From the NCBI GenBank assembly GCA_031835245.2, contig JAVKOQ020000033.1, forward strand, positions 1-64,000: a stretch of DNA of 64,000 nucleotides. The letters are read 5' to 3'. Source of the stretch: Balamuthia mandrillaris. Taxonomy: Eukaryota. How positions within the stretch are numbered: the first letter of the stretch is position 1; each line of letters starts with the position of its first letter. The notes under the pieces were generated by a model, which did no database searches, had not been told where the DNA came from, and worked only from the letters and a program-made list of their open reading frames with translations. Positions 47,687-59,923 of the stretch are shown here, in pieces. Both the position numbers and the translations under genes were made by a program.

Positions 47687-50600
47687 ATGGAACCAGGTTT
47701 GTTTATTCGTTTTGTGTATTGCGAACAAAAAAAAACTAGCAATTAGTTTGTGCGAATCGACTCACTCTTCTCTCGCTTTCTTCCTCTCTCTACCTCTCCC
47801 TCCCTCTCCCTCCCTCTCTCTCTTTCTCTCCGCTTTCTCTTTCTTTCTCTTCTTTTTCTTGTTGTTTTTGTTAAACAAAACTCAGTGCCAGAAAGTATTT
47901 CCTTTCCCAAGACGGAAGAAACAGTGTTGGAGCTTTGGGAGAGAATCGATGCTTTCCAAACCTCGCTGAAGCGTTCTGAGGGTAAGCCAGAGTACTCCTT
48001 CTACGACGGCCCTCCCTTTGCCACCGGGTTGCCCCACTACGGCCACATTCTTGCCGGCACCATCAAGGTATTTTTTTCCTCCCCGTTCTCTCTTATCGAT
48101 TCACTCTCCCTTTCTCTCTTTTCACTGCCCCCTCTGCTCTCTGTCTTCTGGTGTCTGATAAACCTTTTGTTCCTGGAATAGGACACCGTGACACGGTATG
48201 CGCACCAAACGGGCCATCATGTGACCAGGAGGTTTGGTTGGGACACCCACGGCCTTCCTATTGAGTTTGAGATTGACAAAGAGTTGGGCATCAAGGTATG
48301 CAGCTCACCGTTCCCTCCCAACTATGCGTAGCCACTAATTATAACCTCTTCGTCGCTTCTCTTTATTTCTCTACTTTAGACAAGAGACGATGTTCTCGCT
48401 ATTGGTATCGAAGCATACAACAAGGCTTGCAGAGGCATCGTCATGCGTTATTCTTCCGAGTGGGAGAAGATCGTCAGTCGTTTGGGTCGCTGGATCGACT
48501 TTAAGAATGACTACAAGACTCTCGACCCCACATTCATGGAGAGCGTGTGGTGGGTATTCAAAGAGCTGTATGACCGTAAGCTCGTCTACCGCGGCTTCAA
48601 GGTTATGCCTTACTCCACTGCTTGCACTACACCTCTTTCCAACTTTGAAGCGAACATGAACTACAAGGAAGTGGATGACCCTGCTGGTACTTTTCTGGGC
48701 TAGCCCTTCTTGGCTTTTTATCCTTTGGTTTCCACTCACCAACGTTTTTTTAAGTTATTGTAAGTTTTCCGCTCAAGGACGACCCAGAGGTAAAGTTGAT
48801 TGCTTGGACGACCACTCCCTGGACTCTTCCCAGCAATCTTGCGTTGTGTGTCAACCCCGAGTTGGACTATGTCAAGTTGAAGGGTAACCGATTTATTTCC
48901 CCAACAGCAAGTTTTATTCTCGTTTATTCTAATCCTTTCTTCCCCGTTCCCTTGTTTTTTTCCTCAGATGCTGAGACGGGTAATATTTACATTTTGTGCG
49001 AGGCACGCCTCTCAGCACTCTATCCCGAGAAGAAAGGAAAGAAAGGCAAAGCGGAGGAGACACGCTACACCATCCTCGAGAAGTTCAAAGGTGCCACACT
49101 CAAGGGCAAGAAATACGAGCCTCTCTTTTCCTATTTCGCCCAGGAAGAGGAGAAAGGAGCCTTCAGCGTGTTGGTGGATGGCTATGTTACTAGCGAATCT
49201 GGTACTGGTATTGTCCATTGTGCTCCTGCTTTTGGTGAGGACGATTACCGTGTTTGCTTTGAGGCCGGCGTCATTCGTAAGGGTGAAGGTAAGAAACCAT
49301 CACAGCTGCCTAGTGTTCTCTTTCCTTTTATTATATTGGAATTTTCTTTTTTCTTCGTTTATTTCTTTATTTGTCGTTCTTGTGTTGTTTTTCGCCAATC
49401 TTATTTATGCAACAGGTCTTCCTTGCCCTGTGGACGCCAATGGCCGCTTCACTGCTGATGTTCCCGATTTCCAGGGACGTTATGTGAAGGATGCTGACAA
49501 GGACATTCTCGTCGCTCTGAAAGGCAGAAAGAGAGTTGTCCACTCGGGACGCATTACTCACAGTTACCCCTTCTGTTGGCGGTCGGAAACTCCGCTCATC
49601 TACAAAGCAGTACCTAGCTTCTTTATTGCGGTGGAGAAGATCAAGGATCGCCTCTTGGCCAACAACGAGCAAACTTATTGGTATGCTCTCTTCCTGTTAC
49701 GATGTGAATGCAATTCTGATGAATAGCACAATAATACCAAAAAAAAGGGTGCCGAGTTGGGTGAAAGAAAAGAGATTCCACCACTGGCTGGTGGACGCTA
49801 GGGATTGGGCCGTTTCGCGCAATCGTTTCTGGGGTACTCCCATTCCTCTTTGGATGAATGAACAAAATCCAGATGAGGTATGTTACCCCCCTTCATCTCT
49901 CCCTCTCACATATTAATGCTACTTCCATGCACAGATGGTTTGCATTGGCTCTATTGAAGAGTTGGAGAAGTTGTCTGGCGTAAAAGTTACTGACCTTCAT
50001 CGCGAAAGGTATTTGTTTGATTTTTCTTCCTGACATACTACGTACTAACTTTATCTATGGCAAATAGCATCGATCACATCACTATCCCATCTCCGAGTGG
50101 AAATGGTGTGTTAAGAAGGGTTGATGAGGTCTTTGACTGCTGGTTCGAGAGCGGCAGCATGCCTTATGCTCAAATCCATTACCCCTTCGAGAATAAGGAG
50201 TTATTCCAACAGAGTTTCCCTGCTGATTTCATCGCCGAAGGCATTGATCAGGTAATGCTTCTTGTTTAAATGTTAAACCCGAAGCTACTTTTATTTTCCC
50301 TCTAATGCATTACTGTGTTATTCAGACTAGAGGATGGTTCTACACTCTTTTGGTGCTTTCTACTGCCCTCTTTGATAAACCTCCCTTCAAAAATTTGATC
50401 GTGAACGGCCTCGTCCTCGCCAGCGACGGCAAAAAGATGAGCAAGCGTCTCAAGAACTATCCTGATCCAGTGCTCGTCGTACAGAAACATGGCGCTGACG
50501 CTTTGCGGTACGTTTCGTTGTTTATTTAAATGTGAAGGGAAAAAACTTATTCCGTAATATCCATTAGTCTCTACCTTATCAACTCTCCTGTTGTACGAGG

Positions 50601-51555
50601 AGAAGAGCTGCGATTCGAGGAGAAGGGAGTGAAAGACGTAGTCAGAGAAGTCTTTTTGCCTTGGTTCAATGCCTATCGTTTTTGCGAGCACAGCATTCGT
50701 CTCCTTGAAATGGTGCACTCCCTCTTCCCTCCCTTCACTGCTTCTCTTCCTTCAATATTAACAGTAGCCTCAACAGAATGGAGAGAAGTTCCAAGTAGAT
50801 ACTACTGTGTGCTTGAAGTCACCTAATGTGATGGACAAATGGATTTTGGCAGCTACTCAAAGTCTTTTGGCGTTTGTGAAACAAGAAATGGCTGGTACGT
50901 CTATATTTCCGTCACCATTTTTTCCACCAGTTTGAATCACTTACGTTTTGTTTTTTTTTTTTGAATTTTTAGCCTATCGTTTGTACACGGTAGTTCCGAA
51001 ACTGGTGAACTTCATCGGCCAATTGACCAACTGGTACATCCGTTTTAACCGTAAGCGTCTTAAGGTCCGTAGCCAAACGAATCTTCTCTCCCCAATCAGA
51101 CCAAATGATGTTTAAAATAATCTTTGAGACCTGAGTCTTTCCTTGGAAAGCAATGGTGACAAATTTGCGCTGATGGTCTTTTTATATCTTATTACCGTCT
51201 ATAAGTGACAGCAGGCAAACTAACAAACATTTGTGCAGGGACATGAAGGAAAGGAAGAAGCCAACTTTGCTATCAATACTCTCTATGAAGTCATCTACAC
51301 GCTCAGCGTGGCGATGGCGCCCTTTACCCCCTTCTTCACCGAGTATGTCTACCAAAACCTCCGCAACCTTCTTCCCGAGGAGAAGCGTGAGGACTGCGTG
51401 CATTACCTCATGTTCCCTGATCCTAAGGAGGAGTTGCTCAACAAGGAAATCGAAGAGGCTGTAGGTCATATGCAAAATGTTATCGAGCTTGGCCGTCTTG
51501 CTCGTGATCGCCGGAAGTTACCCATCAAGGTTCAACTTTATTTTACCTCATCATT

Positions 51556-51586
<31 letters not shown>

Positions 51587-52947
51587 ACTCTATATTCCAT
51601 ACCAATTTTACATAAGTTTTATTTCGTGGTTTTCACGACTTTCACTAAAACTTATGGTCGGAGGCATGGTAGAAAAATGCTGCACTAAAGTGCATTGCAG
51701 CTATTAATGTGGTGATTCTGTTGAGTTTGTAGTTTTATTTTGTACTACACAACTCCCATCACCGTTTTGGCACATTTCTTCCTTCTTACTTCTAGTCTCT
51801 TCTTTCTTTGTTGTCGTTTCTTTATTTGTGTTCGCTTACTTTATTTTCACCCTTTGTTTGCACCGGTGTTATAGCATCCACTCAAAGAGGTCACTGTGGT
51901 TAGCCCCAACCAAAAGTTGCTGGACAACTTGGAGTCTCTTAAGCCCTACATCCTTGCTGTAAGTTTCTTCTGTCTTCCTTCCCCCCTCTCTCTCTCTCTC
52001 TCTCTCTCTCGCTTTTTCTTTTCAAGTTAGCTTACGTTGTATAACAAACAAAAAAAAACCAACAGGAACTCAATCTCAAGAACGTAGTTTTGACCTCTGA
52101 TGAAGGTTCTTATGTAGTAACCAGAGCTGAGCCGGACAAGGATCGTTTGGGTAAACGTCTGCGCAAACAGTTCGGACCAGTAAGCAAGGCCCTACAAGCC
52201 CTTCAGCACGAGCAAATCAATCAGCTGCGTAAGGACGAAAAGATGGAAATTGAAGGTTGTGAGATTCTTCTTGACGATGTGAAGGTACCGTTTCTCTCTT
52301 TCTCTCTTGCGTTATGTTGTTAACTAATATTTTTGAGTGTAGATTATCCGAGAGTTTAAGGGTGATAGCCAAAAGTACGAGGCTGCGTGGAGCGATGAGG
52401 CTCTGGTTGTTCTTGACTTGGAGATCGACGAAAAGATGAGACAGGAAGGTTTGGCCAGAGAGGTCGTTAATCGAGTGCAAAGGCTCAGAAAGAAGGTTTG
52501 TTTCTATCTTCTCTCTTGATCTTGTTCTTTCCTCTCTATTTCTCTATCTAATTACCTCTATCCGAACAAAAAAAAAGGCTGGTTTGAATGTTGGTGATCC
52601 AGTGGAGACTTTCTACGAGGTCCCCAACGACGGAGAGAATTGCGAAATCCTCAACCGTGCCATCGATGCCCAACAAGAGTACCTCTCCAACGCCCTCCAG
52701 CTGCCCCTCTTGCCCTCCTCCTTTAAACCGCCGCACCACTTGGAGGTGATCAGCTCTAAGGAAGAGATCTCCGACATCAAAGTAACTTTCTTCATCACGC
52801 GATTGACCCTCTCTTTGGACGTTGCGGCGGTCAAGAGCAAGTATGGCGTGGATGATGCCTATTGCGGCTCGTTGCAGCAGCTGCTTGCTGTGAAGCTGTA
52901 CAACAACTTGAAGGAGCAACTCCTGAAAGATGGTGCCTTTCCAGAAT

Positions 52948-52985
<38 letters not shown>

Positions 52986-53117
52986 CAAAAAAAAAAACAA
53001 AAACAAAAAATAGGGCATGTGACATTAACTTTGGATGGCAAGGAAGTGGCATTGGCGCTTGGCAAAGAGGTATTTCTTTGCGCCGCAGACACGACCACCA
53101 GGACCAACGCCAACTGA
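47687..53117 (+). CDS. IARS1: Cytosolic isoleucyl-tRNA synthetase, many introns
   Basis: [76 protein letters not shown] and KKMSKR. Confidence 0.97.
51098..51179 (+). ncRNA. Intronic box C/D snoRNA with two 18S rRNA guides
   Basis: Terminal stem AGACCA/TGGTCT. C box ATGATG 51105-51110, D' CTGA 51131-51134, C' TGGTGA 51154-51159, D CTGA 51170-51173. Guides TAATCTTTGAGAC and AATTTGCG are complementary to conserved SSU rRNA. Confidence 0.88.
51600..51777 (+). ncRNA. Candidate intronic box H/ACA RNA
   Basis: Hairpin with an 11-bp perfect stem (51611-51621/51646-51656), H box AGAAAA at 51671-51676, a second hairpin at 51711-51763 and ACA at 51772-51774. Confidence 0.55.
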
Positions 53118-53319
53118 AAAAAACAAAACAAAACCTAACTGCTCCTTTCGTTTTTTTTCCTTTCTCATTAAAATAACGTCCGTTCTTCTTCTTCTTCTTC
53201 GTTTCTTTCTTTCTCTTTTTCGTTTCTTGCAAAAAAAATCTCTATTTTTTAAATACTTACAAAGCGAAAGACAGAACGATGAAGGAGAAGGAGACCACGA
53301 AGAGGAAATGAGGAAAGGC

Positions 53320-53950
53320 TTAGTAAGAGGGCTCCAAGTGGCTGAGGGCGACCGCTCGGAGGATGACGAGCACGACGCCACAAACCCAAAGCAAAATGCC
53401 AAACACGATCGACATGACGATCAGCCTTTTGGTGAGTTTGGCCTTCCTCCACGCCTCGTAGCTGTCCCCATGATACACGGCCTCCTCCGCTCTTCTTGCC
53501 GTCACAATGGCGAACAAACCGATCGGAAAGCAACTTTTTTTTTTTCAATAAAAAGTGATAAAAGTGATTAAAAAAGGGTCACTTAAAAAAAACAATGATA
53601 AAAAAATAGATTACCAGAACAAACAAGCGAGAACGGCGAAGAGAGTGAGGTTGGAGGTTTTGGGAAAGTCGCCGACGCGGACGGGAGCCTCGTGCGGCGC
53701 GATGTAGCCCGGCGGTGGAGCTACCAGCTGTTGGTGTGGCGCAAATGGTTGCTGTTGTTGGTACGGTTTGTCCCACATTTGTTGTTGAGGCACAAAGATA
53801 TCTCCGCCATTCTGAATGGGTTGTTGGCTTTGTTTTGTGTTTTTTTTTTTCGAACAACAGACCAAAGAAGAACCCTGATTAGACGAAAATCGGGTGTTGA
53901 TGGAGGGAGGGAACGAGAACGTACTCTATTCTCTGGTAATTGTAGTCCAT
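53320..53950 (-). CDS. CD225/dispanin (IFITM-like) membrane protein, 3 exons
   Basis: Pro/Gln-rich N-terminus (PPPGY), then AVLACLFC/FPIGLFAIVTARRAEEAVYHGDSYEAWRKAK and a second TM helix. Confidence 0.8.
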
Positions 53951-54217
53951 TTTGCAGAAGTAAGATTTTTTTAAAAAAAAAAAACAATAAGTATTCTTCG
54001 CTCCTTCCTCCTCTAGCGTTACGAAAAGCGCTTTTGCTCTCTCCTCTTTTTTTCCCTTTCTTTTTGGTTTTTTGCTCTGCCTGAACTCGATTGGAGCAAA
54101 AGGTTACGAAAAATATGTCCACTTTGTGTAAGGACGGATAGAGGTATCTTGGACCCATCCGTTTCGCCAATTTTATGCGGACACATTCAAAGAACTCGTG
54201 ATCATCGTGCCATCTCT

Positions 54218-54273
<56 letters not shown>

Positions 54274-54320
54274 ACAACAAAGAGCTATTCTTCCTTTTCT
54301 TTTCTTTTCTTTTTTTTTTG

Positions 54321-56918
54321 TTAGTACACGTGCAGCTGACCATTGCAAAACCTTTGGTTGATCCGCTCCTTGTTGGCCTGGGAGCAAGCATCCCCGAACT
54401 GTAGGTCCACTATTCGCAGCCAAACCGCCTCTATGCCAGTCATCTGGGTATCAAAGGTGATGCTCAACTCCCATTCGAACCAAAACGAATCATCTTTTTG
54501 TGGTCCTCCTAGTGATACGCTGAGATTAGAAAAGAACAATAAGAAGAACTTACTTGGAGAGAGTTTGTACCAATGGACATTTCTCTTCTCACGTGGGTGA
54601 CCACGATGGCGTTGGGAGCGAGCAATACGTGAACTCGCCAGCCTTCTTTGGCGCGAACATCTTTTGTCATGAGTTCCTTTGTCACGCGGAGCTTGATGAG
54701 ATAGGCGCCCGCAAAGAGAATGGACTGGTTGATGGCTTTAAACAGTTTGGCGCTGCGTGTTTCAGAGCCCACTCCGTCGTCCATTATTCTTTTAAAAAAA
54801 ACAAACCAAAACAATACAAAGAGAAAGAAAATGAAGAGATGAGAAGTAAGTAAAAGAGACAAAACAAACTAAAGAAAAATAAAGCTAACAATAAGAACCT
54901 TTTCATCAAAACTTGTGAGTCAGCAGTCTTTGCAGCCTCCTTCAAGCTTTCAAGAGTTATCTTGATTCGCTGTTGTACCTCATCCGATTCCAACTCTTTT
55001 GCCACAGAACTGATAAAGCGGCACAACGAGTTGAAGTTTTCCACTTTGGCAGTAACCTCCTCTCCAACTTGTTCTTCTTCTTGAGCTGTTTGTGGAGAAG
55101 CACTCTTAGAACTATCTCCATCGTTCACCTTCTCTTTTGCTTTTCCGTCTGTTGTAGCAGCCGCAATCACATTCTCCTCTTTCTCCTTTTCTTTCTGCTT
55201 TTCCTCGGCTTCGTTATTGTTTCTTGGGTTGACTTCTGGAGAGAAGCTTGAGGTTGATGCTTCTCCTACTCCTCCTCCAACTTCCACCCCTTTTCGATAT
55301 GGATTCACGTTTTCTAAAAACTTGGAACTGTCTTCACGACTGTAAAAAGCAAATCCAACAGGAGCATCTCCTATTATCATTGCAGTCACAATGAGAAAGA
55401 GAGAAAGAGACTAAGAGAGAGAAAAGAAGGTACCATCTTCATAAACAACAAAATAACGACTGCTGTCTTTGGTATCAATGAGGTTGGTGGCATCCACTTT
55501 CTCGGCCAACATTCTCTCGTTCTCTTGGTCGTAGACGTAGATCTTGCATTTGTTCTTTTCTTTTTTGAAGACAAGACTCACCAAACCATCAATGTCCAAT
55601 CCTTTCCATGTTGTTGCTCTGTTTATAGTTCATTTAAGAGAAGAAGATTGCAAAAAAGAGAGAGAGAGAGAGACAAATAGAACAACGAAGTGAAGGAAAC
55701 GAAAGAAGAAACAAACAAACCTTTCCCATTGCTTCTTGTCTTCTGTGAAGACAGTGCACAGCTTAACGTACCAAGTGGTATTCACATCGAAGTAAATCTC
55801 ATCAACGTCTTCTTCTTCCTTCTTCTCATTTGTTGCTATTTTTTGTTGTGACTCTGCTGTTCCTTTTTGTTCGTTGCTCTTTCCGTCTTCTTTTGAAAAA
55901 CATTTAAGAGAACATGAGAGAGAGAGAGAGAGAGAGAGAGGGATAAAGCTCACCTTTTTCATCTTCGTTGGGAAGGTCTCTAAAGTCTTTTGTTCTGACT
56001 TCCAGTTTAATGCGTTTCGTGAGCCGAGGCAAGTCCGAGTTGATGGGCAGAGACTGAACTGGCTTATTCCAGATCTTCTTCACTTCTCCCAACAGATCCC
56101 ATTCGCTCGAGTTGAAACGTTCTCCCATGGCTGCAACACAATAGCAATAATGTTAAGAAGAAGAAGAACCCCGAAAAAAAGGAAGTAAGGAAGTAAGGAA
56201 GAAGGATACCAAGTTGAGAAGCGGTGGTCTCCAGAGAGCCCTCCTTATGCTTGTTGATCCTCACACGAACCTTCCGCTCCTTCCGCTCCTTCTTCCTGTT
56301 GTGCTTTTCCAGCTTTTTCTCCTTCTTTCTCTGCGCTTTGAGCGCCTTCTTCTCCTCCTTCTCCGAGAGTGGATGGTGTTGCTGCTGCTGCGGCGGCGAT
56401 TGTTGTTGTTGCGGTTGGATGTGTTGGTGAAGCAGCGGCATGGAGGCCGACGTGGTCAATTGCTCTTCCTCAGAGCCTCGAGGCGGACGAGCCGGCACGC
56501 GAGGAGGCGGCTGCAAGGGATTCCTTCTCGGTTGGACCTCCGTTGGAACGTAGACGGAGAAGGTGGAGACCTTGGAGCGGGTTCTTCCCTCCATAGCAGA
56601 GGCGGAGGAAGAGGAGGAGGCCTGTGGTGGGCTGGCATTGGAGAAGGAGGTGGAGCGATGAGAGGGAGGATTGATGCTGCTTCCACCCCCGGTAAAGGTG
56701 GAGATGGTGTGTCCTCTTTCCTTGGCAAAGGCAAGGGCCTCCGGGCGAAGGAACGGCTGCGCTTGCGGCGGGGAGGTGCTGTTTAGCTTGTGCACGTTGT
56801 GCAGGCTGACCTGACGGCTGGGTTGCTGATGAGAGGAGGCCTTATCTTTGGTCTTGCGAACACGCAGGGAGGCGAAGCCTTTCTTCTTTTTGTTTTGTTC
56901 CGGCACCTCTCCCGACAT
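54321..56918 (-). CDS. Uncharacterised protein with a low-complexity N-terminus, a PH/EVH1-like domain and a conserved-looking C-terminal domain
   Basis: Multi-exon. The middle resembles EVH1/RanBD folds (KKQWE...VGFAFYSREDSSKFLENV). The C-terminus (LFKAINQSIL...KDVRAKEGWRV...FEWELSITFD) recalls amoebozoan GflB-like C-terminal domains (from memory). Confidence 0.65.
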
Positions 56919-57390
56919 GGTTTTTTTGTTCTCCTCTTCGCTTCTTGCCCTCTTTAATTTTATATCTTTCTTATAATTCATTTGTCGACAGTAATGTTTG
57001 TAATGAATTACCTAAAACAGAGATATCTTCGTTGAAATAATATTTGTAGACATTTAATTTTTTTGAAAAATTAAACTGGTCGCAAAATTATCGAATGTCC
57101 GCAATAAATTTTTTGGTTCAGATCCGGACGAAATTCGGCAGCAAATCAGAAGAACGAAATAACACATAAAAGGTTTTTGTTTTGGGAGAAGAAGGGGACC
57201 CCTGAGCTTCCTCCCTCCTCTCTATCTTCTCTCACTCTCTCTGAGTTGGTTGCCTGGCGTACTTTTTGCTTTCCTTTTCTTAAAAGAGAAGAAGAAAAAA
57301 TAGAAAGAAAGAACACATTGCGTTTGAGAGTATATATTTTAACATTTTATTTTTGCTTTCAGGCTTTAAAAAAAACAACAAAACAAAAAG

Positions 57391-57628
57391 ATGAGAAGAG
57401 CACTCACCTTTGCGAACCCTACTGCTGCCGCTGCGGCTACTTGCTCTTTGAGAGGCAGCAAACTGCTGCTGCCCTCTGCCTCGGCATGCCGCTCCTTTTC
57501 TTCGTCCTCTCTGAGCATGAACCAAGAACAGGCCAATGCCTCTGACAGCAGCAGACCCACCCTCATGATTCCTGGTAAGGCAACCGCTTTCCCTGCATCT
57601 CTGTTTTCTCCTCTCTTCGCTGCTTTGT

Positions 57629-57698
<70 letters not shown>

Positions 57699-59184
57699 TA
57701 CTTCTTTCCCTTCATAAAAAACGTCACCTCTTATTTATTAATCAAACGTGTTGTTGTTGTTGACGATGGGGTACCCAGGCCCTATTGAGTTTAGCCCAAA
57801 GGTGTTGGAGGCGATGGCTTATCCCTCCATGTCTCACGTCTCCCCTGAATTCATAGCCATCTTTCAAGACTCTCTTAAGAAGCTTCGACAGGTTATTTCA
57901 TTTTCGTTGTTACTCTTTCTTCCCCTTCTCCCTTCTCCCTTCTCTACTTTCTCTGAAACGTCACTAACCAACACAACAAAAGGTGTTTGCGACAAAAAAT
58001 GGACAACCTTTGGTGGTGGCGGGATCTGGTACGCTTGGTTGGGACATGGCGGTTTGCAATCTCTTGTCCAAGGATAACTCCAAGGCCTTGGTCGTCAGCA
58101 CTGGTCTCTTCAGCGAACGATTTGCTAAATGGTACTCCTTGTTGCATTATGTTGTTGTTCTTCTTCTTATTCTTGTTCTTCTTCTTCTTGTTCTTCTTCT
58201 TCTTGTTCTTCTTCTTCTTTTCCTCCTCCTCCTCCTCCTCCTCCTTCCTCCTCCTCCTCCTCCTCCTCCTCCTCCTCCTCCTCCTCCTCCTCCCCTCCTC
58301 CTCCTCCTCCTCCTCCTCCTCCTCCTCCTCCTCCTCCTCCTTCTTTTATTCCTCTATTCAAATAACGATGTACTCACTAAAAGCATTGGAAACTACGGAG
58401 GTCATGCTCACACTCTAGCAGTGCCGGTGGGTCAATGTCCCGACCTGGATAAAATTGCAAATGCATTGAAATCTCATAAAGGCCTCCGAATGGTGACTGT
58501 CACTCATGTTGACACTTCAACTGGAGTGCTTGCGCCCGTGAAAGAAATTGCACAACTGGTGAAGAAGACCTCTCCTGGTACGCGTCCATCCATTCTCTCT
58601 CGCTACCTTTCGTTGCTTCTGATTCTTTTACTATAGATACTTTGATGGTGGTGGATGGCGTATGTGCTACCGGTGCTGAAGAGCTGCTAATGGACGAATG
58701 GGGAATTGACATCGTTCTTACGGCTTCCCAGAAGGCCATTGGCGTACCTCCTGGCCTTAGCATCATGATGCTCAGTGAATACGCCACCGTATTATCCTCT
58801 CTCTCTCTCTGTCTCTCTGTCTCTCTGTCTCTGCTTTGTATCTCAATCAACATTATCTTCTTAGAGAGTATTCCGAGAACGGATCACTCCAGTGGCCAGT
58901 TACTATTGCGACTGGACCAAATGGTTGCCCATCATGAAAGCTTACGAGGCCGGCACTCCTGATTACTTCGCTACTCCACCCGTCAATCTGGTGCGTGCTT
59001 TGCAAGTCAGCTTGAATGAAATTTTGGATGAAGGTATGCTCTTGCTCTTTTGTTGCTGCTGCTATTGTTGTTAAACGTTCTCTCCATGGAACAAAGGGAT
59101 GGAGAATCGTTGGCAAGCTCATAAAAAAGCGGGCGCAGCTATTCGTAAGGCTGTGAAAGCATTGGGCCTTGGTATCTCCCTCCC

Positions 59185-59269
<85 letters not shown>

Positions 59270-59737
59270 TGTGTGACTCTGTTCTATAAAAATAGAATTG
59301 GTTGCTGCAAACGAAAACATATCTGCCAACACGATCAGTGCTATAAAGTTCCCTCAAGCTGTGCTTGATGCCAAGAAAGGGCCTACTCTTCTCTCCATCA
59401 TCAAACAAAAGGTTCTCTTTTTTTTTTCTGCTTCTTCTTTTTGTTTCTAACAGGAAAAATACAGGGCAAAGTGGAACTCGCTGGTGGCCTTCACCCAGAC
59501 ATAAAGCCCACTTACTTCCGTATCGGACACATGGGATACAGCGTTACTAAAAACAAGTTTGTGTTACTCTCTCTCTCAATTTGCTCATTTTTTTAACTGT
59601 TTTTCTGCTGTTGTGCTAGGGAACATCACCATCTTGAAAAAGCCATTGCTGCTTTGGAGATTGGTCTCTCTGACAAGGAGATTGGTCATTCGTTCAAACC
59701 CAACATCGGAGTGGAGACGTTGCGCCACAACATGTAA
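57391..59737 (+). CDS. AGXT: Alanine-glyoxylate/serine-pyruvate aminotransferase with a mitochondrial presequence
   Basis: LMIPGP, AGSGTLGWD, VTHVDTSTGV, VVDGVC, PLP lysine motif TASQKAIGVPPGL, YFATPPVNL and YFRIGHMG. Confidence 0.92.
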
Positions 59738-59923
59738 AACAAAAACTTGTTTGAACCGGCGTACCACTGATGTATACATACTCGAAACAGTATAAACCAC
59801 GTCACCATCACACACCAGTGCTTTACGCCAACATGGTCGTCTTCTTTTTTTCAACGAATGGCTGTTTGGAAGAAGCGGTGGCCTTTTTTTTAAAAAAAAA
59901 ACGTTTTACGGTCTATTTCTGAG

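Noticed and set aside
7402..53117. Functional clustering of the TilS-like gene, threonine synthase and IleRS
   Set aside because: They are tens of kb apart with many unrelated genes between, and the IleRS is the cytosolic type. Chance is sufficient.
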